DNA of 64,000 nucleotides from an uncultured Trueperaceae bacterium (GCA_963799485.1 CAWCXJ010000006.1:608001-672000); one strand, 5' to 3'; positions 1 through 10,207 are shown, counted from the stretch's first letter. The notes: generated by a model not told the origin, from the letters alone. Numbers and translations are program-made.

Positions 1-615
1 GAAAGGGACGATGCCGTCGCCCATCGCGTCGAGCTGGCCTTGCAAGATGGTCAAGGGCGTGCGGAGTTCGTGGGCGATGTCGGCAATCAGCGCTTGGCGT
101 TCACGCTCGAGCTTTTCCAAAGCCTCCGCCATCTTGTCGAAGTGCCGGGCGAGCATCCCCGTTTCGTCGCGGCTGCCCTGTGCGTAGGCGGGCAGCACGG
201 CGCGCGCGGAGAGGTCGCCCTCGGCGATGCGGGCGGCGGCCTCGGCGACGGCGGTGATCGGCCGCGAGATACGCCGCGCCAAAAAGAGTGCGGCGGCGAC
301 GCTCAGAATAGCCAGGACGCCGATGCTGAGGACTAAAAGCTGGTCGCGCAAACGGCTGAAGCGGTTGCCGAGGGTTTGCACCTCCTCGAAGTTTTGGGTT
401 AAGCCCTCGATGAGCGCCTCGAACTGAGGCCGCAACGATTCGGGCGTCTCCTGCTGCTCGAGCCCGTCGGTAATCGCCAAGAGCGGGTCACGCACCTCTG
501 CCGGAAGCTGCTGAAGCTGCCGCTGCGACACGTAAACCTGCAAGAGCGCGAGCAGCGTCGTCAACAGCGCGACGCCGACGATCGTCAGGGTGAGGCGGGT
601 GGCGAGGCGGTTCAC
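1..615 (-). CDS. Sensor histidine kinase, BaeS-like (HAMP + HisKA), runs off the window start
   Basis: Not in the ORF track. Manual translation from GTG 615 gives MNRLATRLTLTIVGVALL..., two TM segments, a HAMP (ISRPITAVAEAAARIAEGDLSAR) and an H-box (IADIAHELRTPL). Lies directly downstream of the response regulator. Confidence 0.9.
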   Translation of the reverse strand, partial: MNRLATRLTLTIVGVALLTTLLALLQVYVSQRQLQQLPAEVRDPLLAITDGLEQQETPESLRPQFEALIEGLTQNFEEVQTLGNRFSRLRDQLLVLSIGVLAILSVAAALFLARRISRPITAVAEAAARIAEGDLSARAVLPAYAQGSRDETGMLARHFDKMAEALEKLERERQALIADIAHELRTPLTILQGQLDAMGDGIVPF

Positions 616-644
616 GGTTTTGGGTCTATTTTGTGTCCAGCGGC

Positions 645-1391
645 CTAGTCGTCGGCGCTGAGCCGGTAGCCCATCCCGCGCACGGTTTGGAGCATCTCGG
701 CAGCGTTTGCGGCCTCGAGCTTTCTTCGCAAGTTCCGCAGATGAACGTCGATGACGCGCTCCAACGCTTCGCTTTCGGGCAGTGCGGCCTCCAGGAGTTC
801 GGTACGGTTGAAAATCCGGCCCGGCGCGGCGGCGAGATGACGTAAAAGCCGGAACTCGGTCGCGGTCAGTTTGAGGGCTTTGTCACCGACCCTGACGGAA
901 GCCTGCAAGGGATCGAGCTCGAGTTCCCCGAGCCGTAACAGGACGTTCTGACCGGTGGGCTGCGTGCGGCGCAACACCGCCTTGACGCGCGCCATCACCT
1001 CACGCGGGCGAAACGGTTTGGTCACGTAATCGTCCGCACCCAACTCGAGCGCCAGCAGTTTATCGAGTTCTTCGGTGCGGGCGGTCAGCATGATAATCGG
1101 CGTGGCACTCTCCGCACGCACGGTTTTAAGCACCTCCAAACCTCCTAAACGCGGCAGCATCACGTCGAGCAAAATGAGGTCGGGGTGGGCGCTGCGAAAC
1201 AAGCTGAGGGCGCGTTCGCCGTCTCCGGCGCGTTCGGTGCGGTAACCGCTGCTCCGCAAGTAGCCCTCTAAAATCTCGGCAATTTGCGGTTCGTCTTCGA
1301 CGACCAAAACGAGCGGCATAGGCTCTACTATACGGTCTGCGGCGTCGGCAACGCCTGATTCGCGTTCAACTTCGGGGGCCGGACGGGTCAC
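645..1391 (-). CDS. OmpR/BaeR-family response regulator
   Basis: REC domain (VLVVEDE, LLDVMLP, GADDYVTKPF) plus winged helix (TVRGMGY). Alternative start ATG 1319. Confidence 0.92.
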   Translation of the reverse strand: MTRPAPEVERESGVADAADRIVEPMPLVLVVEDEPQIAEILEGYLRSSGYRTERAGDGERALSLFRSAHPDLILLDVMLPRLGGLEVLKTVRAESATPIIMLTARTEELDKLLALELGADDYVTKPFRPREVMARVKAVLRRTQPTGQNVLLRLGELELDPLQASVRVGDKALKLTATEFRLLRHLAAAPGRIFNRTELLEAALPESEALERVIDVHLRNLRRKLEAANAAEMLQTVRGMGYRLSADD

Positions 1392-1412
1392 TAGCAGAGC
1401 CTAGATGCGCCG

Positions 1413-1441
1413 TGTAAAGCGCTTATTCAGGCTTTGTCAAG
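1413..1441 (-). promoter_or_regulatory. Candidate OmpR-family binding array upstream of the two-component operon
   Basis: TGTAAAG/TATTCAG/TGTCAAG at 1413, 1424, 1435 (11-bp period), just upstream of a TAGGCT -10 (minus strand, 1398-1403). Confidence 0.4.
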
Positions 1442-1470
1442 ATTTCTTGTTTTTTGCCGTTCGTTCTGAC

Positions 1471-3633
1471 TTATTCGCCCTGCCGAACCTCCTCCAAGAG
1501 CGTTCCAAATGGGACGGGTTCCGCTGCGCCGGTCTCGACGGTCGTTTGGGCGAGGTTGGGATTGCCTTTAAGGGCAGCCTCGAGCGGGGCGCGGGCGTCA
1601 CTCAAACGGCCCAGGTCGTAATAAATCAGCCCCAGGTTGAGCTGCGCGCCGCTGTTTTCCGGGTCGGCAGCGACGGCCCGCGTCAGAAAATCGACCGCTT
1701 TGTCAAGCCGTCCCAAACGGAAGTAGGCAAAACCGGCATTGTTCAGCACAGTTGCCTGACCGGGGCCGGGCACCGTAAAGTCCTCCAACGCCGTCTCATA
1801 CGCTGTGACTGCGCCGCGCAGGTCGCCCTGAAGCTGCCGGGTATACCCCTGATAAAAGCTCGGCAGACCGCCCGGGGAAAGCCCGGCGGCCCGGTCGAAC
1901 GCGCGTTCTGCCGCCGCTACGTCGCTGCGCTCGAGCGCCGTCAAACCCTCTTGTAAGGCGTTTTCCGCCTCCCCGCCGAGGCTTATATCGGCTCCTTCAG
2001 CAAGTTTTTGCGTCTGTGCGACGAACTGCCGTGTCTGCGCGGCCTGAGCGTTTTGCGGCGCGAGCCGCAAGGCTTCGTCGAGGGCGTTGAGCGCCTGGTC
2101 GTAGGCTCCGGTACGGCCCAGCGCCGCGCCGTAAAGCGTGTAGAGGCCCGCGTCTTGGGGGGAGGCCTCGAGCAGCGGCCCCAGGGTCTCTACCGCCGCT
2201 TGGTTTTGTCCTGCCTGCACGTAAATCTCTGCGAGGTTGCGTTCTAAAAGGTCTCGCAGTTCGGGGTTCTGCCGTGCGGCGTTTTGCAGTGTCGCAGCAG
2301 CGTCGTCGGTTTTACCCTGCTCGGCCTGCGCGAGTGCAAGCTGATTGGCGACTTCGGGATTGTTCGGCGCGAAACTCTGTGCGCCGCTCAGCACCCGTTC
2401 GGCGCCCGCGTAGTCGCCGCTTTTGGCGAGGGTTTCGGCTTCGGCGAGCGCCAAACCTGCGTCTTGCGGGTACGCCTCACGGCCCCGGCGCAAAATAGCG
2501 CGCGCCCGCTTGCTCTGCTCGGCAGGGAGCGACGCCGCGAGGGCGAACAGGCCCGGTTCGGGGTTCGGGGTTTTGAGCGCCTCCTCGAGAAAACTCACAG
2601 CTTCGGCAGTATTGCCACCGCGCACGGCTTCGGTGACGAACGCGCTTGCCAAAACCGACGAATCCGGAACCCGGTTTACGCCCGTGCGGAGCGTTTGCAG
2701 CGCGGTCTGCGGACTGCCCGTTTGACGCTGCAAGGTGGCCAGCTCGAGGTACGCCGCCGCGTAACGCGGATACGCCGCTAACGCCGCCCGCAAATCACGC
2801 TGCGCAGCTTCCGGACTTTCAGAGAGGCGCGCCTGTCCCGCCAGGGCGACGGCGTGCGCGGGGTTGACCGTAAGTGCCGCTGCAAACGCCTCCCTTGCCG
2901 CCGGGATATCCCCCGCCGCTGCCAGCACGACGCCCCGGCTGACGAGCGCTTCAGCGTCTTCGGGTGCCGTCTGAACCGCCCGCTCCGAGAGCGTCAGCGC
3001 TTCGGCGTCCCGACCGGCTGCGCCGAGTGTTTCGGCACGTTCAGAGAGCGCCCAGCTCGAGCCGCCCGCCGCCGCTTGTGTCAACTCCGGCGAGTCGGCA
3101 ACCGCGAGACCCAAAGCCGCTTCACCGACGACGCCCAGCGCACTCAGGGCCGGGGTTTGCGCGATTACGGCGTCAAGCTCCGCCCGGTCTTCGGGGGAGA
3201 CGTTCAGCGCGAGTTCCTGCACAACAGTATCGACGACCTTGCCGAGCAAATCTGCGGGGTCTTGCAGCGTGCCGCTGACCGCGACCCGGCGCGTGTCCTG
3301 ACCCGGTTCGGCAAAAAAAATATCGACTTGGGCCGCACCCGCCGAGGTGCTGACCAAACCGCTGACAAGCGCCTGAACGCCGAACGCCTCGGCGAAAACG
3401 GTCGTGTCCAGCTCTGCCGCGTCGGTATTTTGCGCGACGATGAGCGTATCGCCGACAGGCGGCACATAGAGGTTATCGATGACGTTGAGGCTGCGCTGCA
3501 AGCCGGTTGCCAAACCGAAACGGTAGGGGGCGGCGGCGGCGTCGGTATCGAACGCAAGAACGGCCAGCCGCGCGGGTTGCGCCGCCGCTGCGCTTACGAG
3601 TAGAAGGCAAACTAAAATAAGAGCTCGTTTCAT
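1471..3633 (-). CDS. Exported tetratricopeptide-repeat protein
   Basis: Signal-peptide-like MKRALILVCLLLVSAAAA; many TPR motifs (e.g. VLNNAGFAYFRLGRLDKAVDFLTRAV). ATG 3633 is 7 nt after TATACT. Confidence 0.8.
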   Translation of the reverse strand: MKRALILVCLLLVSAAAAQPARLAVLAFDTDAAAAPYRFGLATGLQRSLNVIDNLYVPPVGDTLIVAQNTDAAELDTTVFAEAFGVQALVSGLVSTSAGAAQVDIFFAEPGQDTRRVAVSGTLQDPADLLGKVVDTVVQELALNVSPEDRAELDAVIAQTPALSALGVVGEAALGLAVADSPELTQAAAGGSSWALSERAETLGAAGRDAEALTLSERAVQTAPEDAEALVSRGVVLAAAGDIPAAREAFAAALTVNPAHAVALAGQARLSESPEAAQRDLRAALAAYPRYAAAYLELATLQRQTGSPQTALQTLRTGVNRVPDSSVLASAFVTEAVRGGNTAEAVSFLEEALKTPNPEPGLFALAASLPAEQSKRARAILRRGREAYPQDAGLALAEAETLAKSGDYAGAERVLSGAQSFAPNNPEVANQLALAQAEQGKTDDAAATLQNAARQNPELRDLLERNLAEIYVQAGQNQAAVETLGPLLEASPQDAGLYTLYGAALGRTGAYDQALNALDEALRLAPQNAQAAQTRQFVAQTQKLAEGADISLGGEAENALQEGLTALERSDVAAAERAFDRAAGLSPGGLPSFYQGYTRQLQGDLRGAVTAYETALEDFTVPGPGQATVLNNAGFAYFRLGRLDKAVDFLTRAVAADPENSGAQLNLGLIYYDLGRLSDARAPLEAALKGNPNLAQTTVETGAAEPVPFGTLLEEVRQGE

Positions 3634-3810
3634 CTCTCGGAGTATACCCAAGCCGGAGTGAGAAGCGCTTTAGGGAGGCTCGAGGCGGCTTAGCTCAGTT
3701 GTGCGGAAGACGGAAGGCAAGATTGAGACCAAACCCCTTTTACGCCTCCCATATTCTTTTCTTAATCTCAGCTTTTTTAATCGATCTTGTGGTCTGCCGG
3801 TCGCGCCTCG

Positions 3811-4206
3811 CTAAAGCCGAAAGCCGCCGGGCAAAAGACCCCCAACCGTCCACGACCTGACGACGCCCCGGTCGTTAACCAGATAGACCGCCGCATCTTC
3901 GGCAAATTCGAACAGAACCTGGCGGCACGCCCCGCAAGGACTCGCAGGTTCGGCGGCGGTGGTGTAGACGACGATTTCACTAAACTGCCGCTCTCCCGCC
4001 GACGCCATGGCCTGAATCGCCGACTGTTCCGCGCAGCGCCCGAGGCCGTAGGACGCGTTTTCGATGTTTGCGCCCGCGTAGACCTTGCCGCTCTCGGCCC
4101 GCAGCGCCGCACCGACGTGAAAGCCGGAGTAGGGGGCGTAGGCATTTCGGTGGGCAGTTTTAGCAGCCGCGAGCAGGTCCTCGGGTGGATTTGGCGTTGC
4201 AGTCAT
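3811..4206 (-). CDS. cdd: Cytidine deaminase (homotetrameric, 3-Cys type)
   Basis: AYAPYSGFHVGAAL, NIENASY, CAE and PCGACRQ motifs. Start reassigned to ATG 4206. Confidence 0.93.
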   Translation of the reverse strand: MTATPNPPEDLLAAAKTAHRNAYAPYSGFHVGAALRAESGKVYAGANIENASYGLGRCAEQSAIQAMASAGERQFSEIVVYTTAAEPASPCGACRQVLFEFAEDAAVYLVNDRGVVRSWTVGGLLPGGFRL

Positions 4207-4624
4207 AAAACATTTTACGCTGTTCTTATGCAAACGGTTGGGCAAAAGCCTCGTAACCCGTTCGCAACGGTGGTGCAGCAAGTAGTCCAGCAAGAAGAAC
4301 TTACGGAAGCGTTAGACCTTCGGCGAAATACGGTATCTAGATTACGGTTGTACGGTTGGCCGCCTAAACCGGGCATAAAAGTGTGCATAAGCGGGCACTT
4401 CCAGCACCCGCATCCTCGCTATGCGTTTGGTGTACCTTCTCTCGAGCGCAGTTTTCAGGACAGCAAAGTGAATCATTGTGATTAAGCTGTGACCAGACAG
4501 AGTTATGCGCGTCAACCGAGCTTTCAGCGGTAGGATTACAACAGTTACACTACTGTGTAGCTAAATCTTCCGGCTAGCTTTCTCCCGCACTTCGCGCACA
4601 TAATTCAGCCAAAGGAGACCTAGT

Positions 4625-4800
4625 ATGGCGTTCACTGAGACGGTTCCCGAAGACCAGGCCCAGGGCGGCGTAGCCCGGCTGTTTGAGCAAAACCGCGCGG
4701 CGAAGGGTTACGTCCCCAACTACGTCAAGGTATTTAGTCATCACCCTCAGGTTATGGAAGCTTGGGCTGGACTACTCGGCAGTAAGTACCCCACCACGAC
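4625..4800 (+). pseudogene. Truncated AhpD/carboxymuconolactone decarboxylase-like (peroxidase-related) protein, N-terminal part only
   Basis: AGGAG RBS; MAFTETVPEDQAQGGVARLF...GYVPNYVKVFSHHP; ends before the CxxC region, at IS-like sequence. Confidence 0.6.
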
Positions 4801-5070
4801 TAGTTTGAACCGGCATTAAAACTTGCGAAATTGATAATGAGGTCACGGCCTACAGCAGCGAGGATTTGCGTAACGGTGTAAAAGAGGTTGTCTTCGCAAA
4901 GGTAAGCTTGAGGTCTTATTGATACTTGAGCTTGCGCCAGAGACTTTCGATAAGATTGCGGACAGGCCCGGTGGAGGTACAAGCCGAACATGCCGTTTTG
5001 TCCAAGACAAGGTGGGGGGCGTAAGCAGGCAGCTAAAAGCTGAACAAGCCGCGTTGCTCCCAATTGCACG
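4800..5070 (+). mobile_element. Degenerate IS630-like 5' fragment
   Basis: One frame reads AYSSEDLRNGV, like the IS630 N-terminus AYSxDLRxRV; a later GGGRK motif; multiple stops. Confidence 0.4.
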
Positions 5071-5074
5071 AAAA

Positions 5075-5286
5075 GCCAGCTAAAAGCCGAGTTTTTTGAT
5101 TTGAAAACGGGCTTGGCGGGCGAGATTTTGCAAAAATACACGAACTACCGGATGCAGCTCGTAATTATCGGCGCGTTTGACTATAAGAGCGAGAGCTTGA
5201 AGGCGTTTATGCTCGAGAGTAACCGAGGCCGCCAGGTCGCCTTTGGACCGGACAGGGCGGCGGCGCTGGCGAGGGCCGCAAGCTAG
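5075..5286 (+). pseudogene. DUF4180-like protein, C-terminal fragment
   Basis: FDLKTGLAGEILQKYTNYRMQLVIIG...ESNRG matches my recollection of the DUF4180 pattern; N-terminus absent. Confidence 0.65.
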
Positions 5287-5289
5287 CCC

Positions 5290-5321
5290 CAAAGACCTCA
5301 CGACGTTTTGCGAGGTCTTTG
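5290..5321. terminator. Hairpin between convergent genes
   Basis: CAAAGACCTC...GAGGTCTTTG 10-bp stem. Confidence 0.5.
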
Positions 5322-5352
5322 TCTGGGGTCTTCGTCCGGAAAGCGTTCGTAC

Positions 5353-5886
5353 TTATTCGATATTGCCTTTGACGCTTTTGTACCGCTCAATGCACTCGTG
5401 AATCAGCGTGTGCGCTTCGTCCACGTCGTGCCAGTCCTCGATTTGGGTCTCTTTGTGCTCGAGCTGCTTGTACACCTCGAAAAAGTTGCTGACTTCTTTA
5501 AGGTAGTGGTCGCCGACATCTTTAAGCGATTTGTGCTGCTCGAAACGTGGGTCGTAGACGGGCACAGCCAAAATCTTCTGGTCGCGGCCCTTGTCGTCGG
5601 TCATCTCCAAAAACCCGACCGGGCGCACGTCCAACACCACCCCCGGAAAGCTCGGCGCACCGATTAGCACCACCACGTCTAGGGGGTCGTCGTCTTCGGC
5701 AAGCGTACTCGGGATAAAACCGTAATCGCCGGGGTAGTGCATGGCGCTGTACAGCACCCGGTCGAGCCGCATGATGTCGAACTCGGCGTCGTATTCGTAC
5801 TTGTTCGAGCTGTTTTTCGGGACTTCAATCACAGCGTTTAAGACTTCAGGGACGTTGCGTCCGGCGGGTAATTGGTGGTATTTCAT
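5353..5886 (-). CDS. ppa: Inorganic pyrophosphatase (family I)
   Basis: KYEYD, LDRVL, YPGDYGFIPSTL and DDDPLD active-site motifs. Confidence 0.95.
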   Translation of the reverse strand: MKYHQLPAGRNVPEVLNAVIEVPKNSSNKYEYDAEFDIMRLDRVLYSAMHYPGDYGFIPSTLAEDDDPLDVVVLIGAPSFPGVVLDVRPVGFLEMTDDKGRDQKILAVPVYDPRFEQHKSLKDVGDHYLKEVSNFFEVYKQLEHKETQIEDWHDVDEAHTLIHECIERYKSVKGNIE

Positions 5887-6014
5887 CAGGCTCCTGTTCG
5901 TTACAACGTAGTCGTGCGCCTGAGGGCGCGTCCGCCGACTACTATAACAGCTCGGTTTGGCAAGCTCGCCGGCTTCCAGGTCGAAACATTGAACTGAAAC
6001 GTAGGGACCGAGAG

Positions 6015-6227
6015 GTGTCCACCTACCAGCTTACGAAAAAGGATGAGGTGCGTATCTTCCGGGGAGGTCACAGTTCAAAACGTTGCATCACGACTTTGGG
6101 CGGGGCGCGCGGGCGTAAACTTACCGACGAACTCGCTGCAACTGATGGGGGCGAAGACGTGCAGGGCGTGCTGAGACGGGTTACGGGAAACTGCAAACGG
6201 GGTGACGAGCGCTCGAGAAAACGCTGA
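6015..6227 (+). CDS. Small conserved-type hypothetical protein, possibly eroded
   Basis: YQLTKKDEVRI...VTGNCKRGDER resembles a small family ending TGNFKRGNER (from memory). Confidence 0.45.
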   Translation: MSTYQLTKKDEVRIFRGGHSSKRCITTLGGARGRKLTDELAATDGGEDVQGVLRRVTGNCKRGDERSRKR

Positions 6228-6306
6228 CAAGTAGGCCATACCTGGCGTGAGCCGATATTTCGCGCTTGCGGCGCACGGGATAATCTCAACCTTTTTTCAG
6301 CAAAAC

Positions 6307-6876
6307 CTAGCTACCTGCCAGTTCTAGAAAATAGTCGTGAACCCGGTCATCGCCGGAAAGCTCCGGATGAAACACCGTTGCCAGTAACCGGTCATATGTG
6401 ACCATCACCGGGTCGTTTTGATAGCTCGCCAGCACCTTGACTCCTGGGCCGACGCGGACAATTCGGGGTGCGCGGATAAACACGGCCCGGAACGGCTCAG
6501 CAAATCCTTCGACTGCCAGATCGGTTTCAAAAGACGCGACTTGCCGCCCGTAATCGTTGCGGGCGACTTCTATATCGAGCAAGTCTAGACGCGGCTGCTC
6601 CGGCCTGCCGGTAATGTCTCGAGCAGTCGCAATCGCTCCGGCACATGTGCCCCAGACGGCCCCACCTTCGCCGTAAAAGGTCTTAAGCGCCCTGTCCAAA
6701 CCGTAAAGCTGCATCAGCTTGACCATCGTCGTCGATTCGCCGCCGGGAACAACGATACCGGCAAGGCCGCCGAGCTGCTCCGGTAGCCGGACTTCGGTTA
6801 CGTCTGCGCCGAGCCGCGTCAGTGCCTGTTTGTGTTCCCGAAATGCTCCTTGCAGAGCTAAAACGCCGACCTTCAT
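6307..6876 (-). CDS. pdxT: PLP synthase glutaminase subunit
   Basis: GVLALQGAF, PGGEST, GTCAG, FIRAP and FHPEL motifs. Confidence 0.95.
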   Translation of the reverse strand: MKVGVLALQGAFREHKQALTRLGADVTEVRLPEQLGGLAGIVVPGGESTTMVKLMQLYGLDRALKTFYGEGGAVWGTCAGAIATARDITGRPEQPRLDLLDIEVARNDYGRQVASFETDLAVEGFAEPFRAVFIRAPRIVRVGPGVKVLASYQNDPVMVTYDRLLATVFHPELSGDDRVHDYFLELAGS

Positions 6877-6913
6877 AAGCTCATCATGACACGTTGCCTA
6901 CCCACGTCCGAAC

Positions 6914-7819
6914 TCAGCTTTGAGCCGCCCGCACCCCGCTCAAAATAGCCCCCGCGACAACCTCTTGCACCGCAACCGAAAGAAGCATCAGAGGGACTTG
7001 TGGACCTGTGCCGGTGCTCAGGCAAAATGCGGTGTCCCCGTCTGAAACGGTGTGCGAGGGCCGCGTTACCCGGGCGATACCGACGTGGGCGCTGCCTGCT
7101 AAGGCTTTAGCTTCGGCCTTGCCGATGGGCGCGTCGGTCGCAACCACGACGAGCGTGGTGTTGCTGCCTGCGGCGTCGAATGGCGCCCGGGTAAAGCGCT
7201 CGAGAAAAGACCCCGTTTCGCCCCTGACACCTGCGACAACTTGACCACTATCCGGGTCGATGATGTCACCGACCGGGTTAGCTACCGCAAGTGCCGCAAC
7301 GACTGCGCCGCTAACTCTTACCGACGCACTTCCGAGACCGCTCGCCTCAGCTCGCTCAAATCCCAGATATTTGCCACAACTTGCGCCCGCGCCTGCTCCT
7401 ACTCGGCCTTGCAAGACGGGTTCGGTCGTTGCCGCTTCGCAAGCCCGGTAGCCTGCTGCCGCGTCGGGCCGAACATTTGGATCGCCTCGGCTGAGATCAA
7501 AAAGCGCTGCCGCCGGAACGATAGGGACTGCGCCAAATGGAGTTGCAAAGCCCTGCCCACGCTCCTCGAGATAGCGCATCACGCCACCCGCAGCCTCCAA
7601 CCCAAACGCGCTTCCTCCGGTTAGCAAAACCGCTTGAACCTGTTGCACGGTCTTTTCAGGGGCTAAAAGCGCCGTTTCATGTGTTCCAGGTGCGCTGCCG
7701 CGTACATCTCCCGAAGCGAGGCAGCCCGGTTCGGGGCAAAGTACGACTGTACAACCCGTTTGTGCCCCTATATCGTGCCAGTGACCCACCTGTATTCCGG
7801 AGACTGCAGTGAGGCTCAA
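6914..7819 (-). CDS. P1-family (DmpA-like) peptidase
   Basis: VGHW, TGCTVV, RGSAPGTHET, GGSAFGL, NTTL and DGDTAF motifs. Confidence 0.88.
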   Translation of the reverse strand: MSLTAVSGIQVGHWHDIGAQTGCTVVLCPEPGCLASGDVRGSAPGTHETALLAPEKTVQQVQAVLLTGGSAFGLEAAGGVMRYLEERGQGFATPFGAVPIVPAAALFDLSRGDPNVRPDAAAGYRACEAATTEPVLQGRVGAGAGASCGKYLGFERAEASGLGSASVRVSGAVVAALAVANPVGDIIDPDSGQVVAGVRGETGSFLERFTRAPFDAAGSNTTLVVVATDAPIGKAEAKALAGSAHVGIARVTRPSHTVSDGDTAFCLSTGTGPQVPLMLLSVAVQEVVAGAILSGVRAAQS

Positions 7820-7822
7820 GTT

Positions 7823-10207
7823 CTAGTTACCCCAGTCGAGCCAACCGACGCTACTGTCATTGTTTGTCCCGGCATCGTTTGTACTGCCGTCGGCTGCCGT
7901 GTTCGAGGTACCGGGTAGCGCTGCATCTGGTGAGGTGCTGTTCTGCTGTTCACTGCCCTGAATCCGACTGTTTTGGACTTGCCCGTTTTGTCCCGGTATT
8001 CGGGTAATGTTGAGCGCACCTTGGGGGATAGGCCGCGCGAACCCCTGCACTTCGCTCGGACTGATTTCGCGCCACTCAAGAAACTCCTGCGGCGTCTCCG
8101 CCGTGGCCCGTTTGTCGGTGCGGGAGTCTACCGGAATCGTGATGTTGAGGTAGCTGGCAACCTGCTGACCCCCGGCTCCCGGCTGCGTCCCTCGGACGAA
8201 CGCAACGCGTGTTCCCTGGGCGCTCGGCACACCCGTCGAAAGATCGACCTTTTCAAACATGATGTTAGGTGGCGCAGGCCACGGCCTGGACGCTTTTCCG
8301 GCGAGCGCCTCTTCGGCAAACTGTTTCCAAATCCAGACGGGCTGCCGGGACGAATTGATCAGCTCACCGTTGGGCATCGCTTTAGGGAGGCTCTTCGAGT
8401 CGTCGTAGCCGATCCACACCGCCGACACCGATTCGGGCGTGAGGCCGACAAACCAGATGTCGCGCTCGTCGTTGGTCGTACCGGTTTTACCGCCGACCCA
8501 GCGCCCTTCTATTGCCGCGCGGTTTGAGAGGCCGTAAGGGTTGCGGTCGGTGACGTTGCCCCGGAGCAGGTCGAGCATCAGGTACGCGGTCGTCTCGCTC
8601 CAGACTTTCGTGCGGCGCGGTTCGGCCTCGTAAAGCACATTGCCCTCGGCGTCTGTAACCCGCTCGATCAGGTGGGGTTCGGTGTAAACGCCTTTGTTGG
8701 CAAAAGCCGCGAGCGCGGCAGCGTGGTTTTCGGGCGTCACCTCAAACGAGCCCAGCGCAATCGCGGGAACAGGCAGCACGTCGTAACCGAGCTGGGTCGC
8801 GCGCGTCACCACAGCTTGCGGCGTGACCGCCTCGGCAAGCTTGACCATCGGGATGTTGCGGCTTCTATCGAGGTGGCTGCGGAGCGTTTTGATGCCGTCG
8901 AAGGTGTCGTCGTGGTTACGCGGTGTGTAGGAGGCTTGACCGGGGTCGTCGAAGGTCGTTTTGGTGTCGGACAACAGGGTTGCCTGCGTGTAACCACCCT
9001 GCTCGAGCGCGGTGGCCACCACAATCGGCTTAAACGAGCTGCCCGGTTGCCGCTCTGCGCTCGTCGCCCGGTTAAAGGTGTCGCCGCCCTGCGCCGTGTC
9101 GAGCCGCCCGCCGACCATCGCCAAGACGCCGCCCGTTTTCGGGTCGATGCTGACGAGCGCCATCTGTGCGCCTTCGGGAACCCAGCCGTTTTCATTTTGC
9201 GCGGCGCGGTTGGCGGCTTTTTGCGCCTGCGAGTCGATGGTGGTGTAGATACGCAGGCCCCCGGCGCGAAAGAGCTGACCGGGAAAGAGTTTTTCGACCT
9301 CGTTACGCACCGCAAACGCGACGTTGCCGCTGAGGTCGGACGCGACGGTGGTCGAGATACGCGGTTGCACGTCGGTGCGCTCTGGTTGACCGATGATTTC
9401 ACCCTGTTCGTCGTAGCGAACGCGCCAGCCGGTGGGCTCGAGCGGTTGCCGCCACGCCCGGTCTGCCGCTGCCTGCGAGACGACGCCGAGTTCGACCATG
9501 TTGGCGAGCACGTTTTTCATCGCCTGCCGGGTCGCCGTAAAGTCTTCGTAGTTGGATTCGGGGGCGGGCAGCAGGCGCGCCAGATAGAGCCCTTCAGCGA
9601 GGGTAAGCGCGAGCGGGTCTTTGCCGAAGTATGCCTGCGCCGCCGCGTAAATGCCGTAAAAGTTTTTGCCCCAGTAGACGACGTTTAGGTACTGCTGCAA
9701 GATTTCGGCTTTGGTCAGGCGGCGCTCGAGTTCCACCGCGAGCATCATCTCTTTGACCTTGCGCTCGAGCGAGCGTTCGTCGGCGATATCGGTCAGCAGC
9801 GTGTTTTTCACAACCTGCGTGGTCAAGGTCGAGCCGCCGCGCCCGCCGCCGCCTAAAAACTCTTCGTAGGTGGCTTTCAAGAGCGCAAGTGTATCGAAAC
9901 CGTAATGCTGAAAAAAACTGTCGTCTTCCGACGAGATGATCGCCCACAAGACAGGCGGCGCAACCCGGTCGAGGGTCACGACGGTGCGGTTGGTGGTCGG
10001 GCCGCCAACCCCGGCGACGGGTAAAATCTCCCCGATAAGCTGACCGTTGGTATCGAAAAGTTGCGAGGTCGAGGTGTACTCGAGTTTTTCAATCTCGCCT
10101 ACGGGCGGCAGTTCGCTCGCCCACTTGAACGCCGACGCGCCCAAAAGTGCCGCGACCGAAAGCACAACAGTCAAAAACAGCAAAAAGATTCCTCTAAACA
10201 CCTTCAC
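7823..10207 (-). CDS. Class A penicillin-binding protein (transglycosylase + transpeptidase)
   Basis: N-terminal TM; GT motifs EDDSFFQHYG, GGSTLTTQ, RKVKE; TP motifs SSFK, SRN, KTG. Confidence 0.93.
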   Translation of the reverse strand: MKVFRGIFLLFLTVVLSVAALLGASAFKWASELPPVGEIEKLEYTSTSQLFDTNGQLIGEILPVAGVGGPTTNRTVVTLDRVAPPVLWAIISSEDDSFFQHYGFDTLALLKATYEEFLGGGGRGGSTLTTQVVKNTLLTDIADERSLERKVKEMMLAVELERRLTKAEILQQYLNVVYWGKNFYGIYAAAQAYFGKDPLALTLAEGLYLARLLPAPESNYEDFTATRQAMKNVLANMVELGVVSQAAADRAWRQPLEPTGWRVRYDEQGEIIGQPERTDVQPRISTTVASDLSGNVAFAVRNEVEKLFPGQLFRAGGLRIYTTIDSQAQKAANRAAQNENGWVPEGAQMALVSIDPKTGGVLAMVGGRLDTAQGGDTFNRATSAERQPGSSFKPIVVATALEQGGYTQATLLSDTKTTFDDPGQASYTPRNHDDTFDGIKTLRSHLDRSRNIPMVKLAEAVTPQAVVTRATQLGYDVLPVPAIALGSFEVTPENHAAALAAFANKGVYTEPHLIERVTDAEGNVLYEAEPRRTKVWSETTAYLMLDLLRGNVTDRNPYGLSNRAAIEGRWVGGKTGTTNDERDIWFVGLTPESVSAVWIGYDDSKSLPKAMPNGELINSSRQPVWIWKQFAEEALAGKASRPWPAPPNIMFEKVDLSTGVPSAQGTRVAFVRGTQPGAGGQQVASYLNITIPVDSRTDKRATAETPQEFLEWREISPSEVQGFARPIPQGALNITRIPGQNGQVQNSRIQGSEQQNSTSPDAALPGTSNTAADGSTNDAGTNNDSSVGWLDWGN

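Noticed and set aside
4250..4485. MarR-like HTH fragment (QQEELTEALDLRRNTVSRL)
   Set aside because: Too short and degenerate to call without a profile search.
6307..6876. pdxT without adjacent pdxS
   Set aside because: The two genes can be unlinked and the rest of the genome is not visible.
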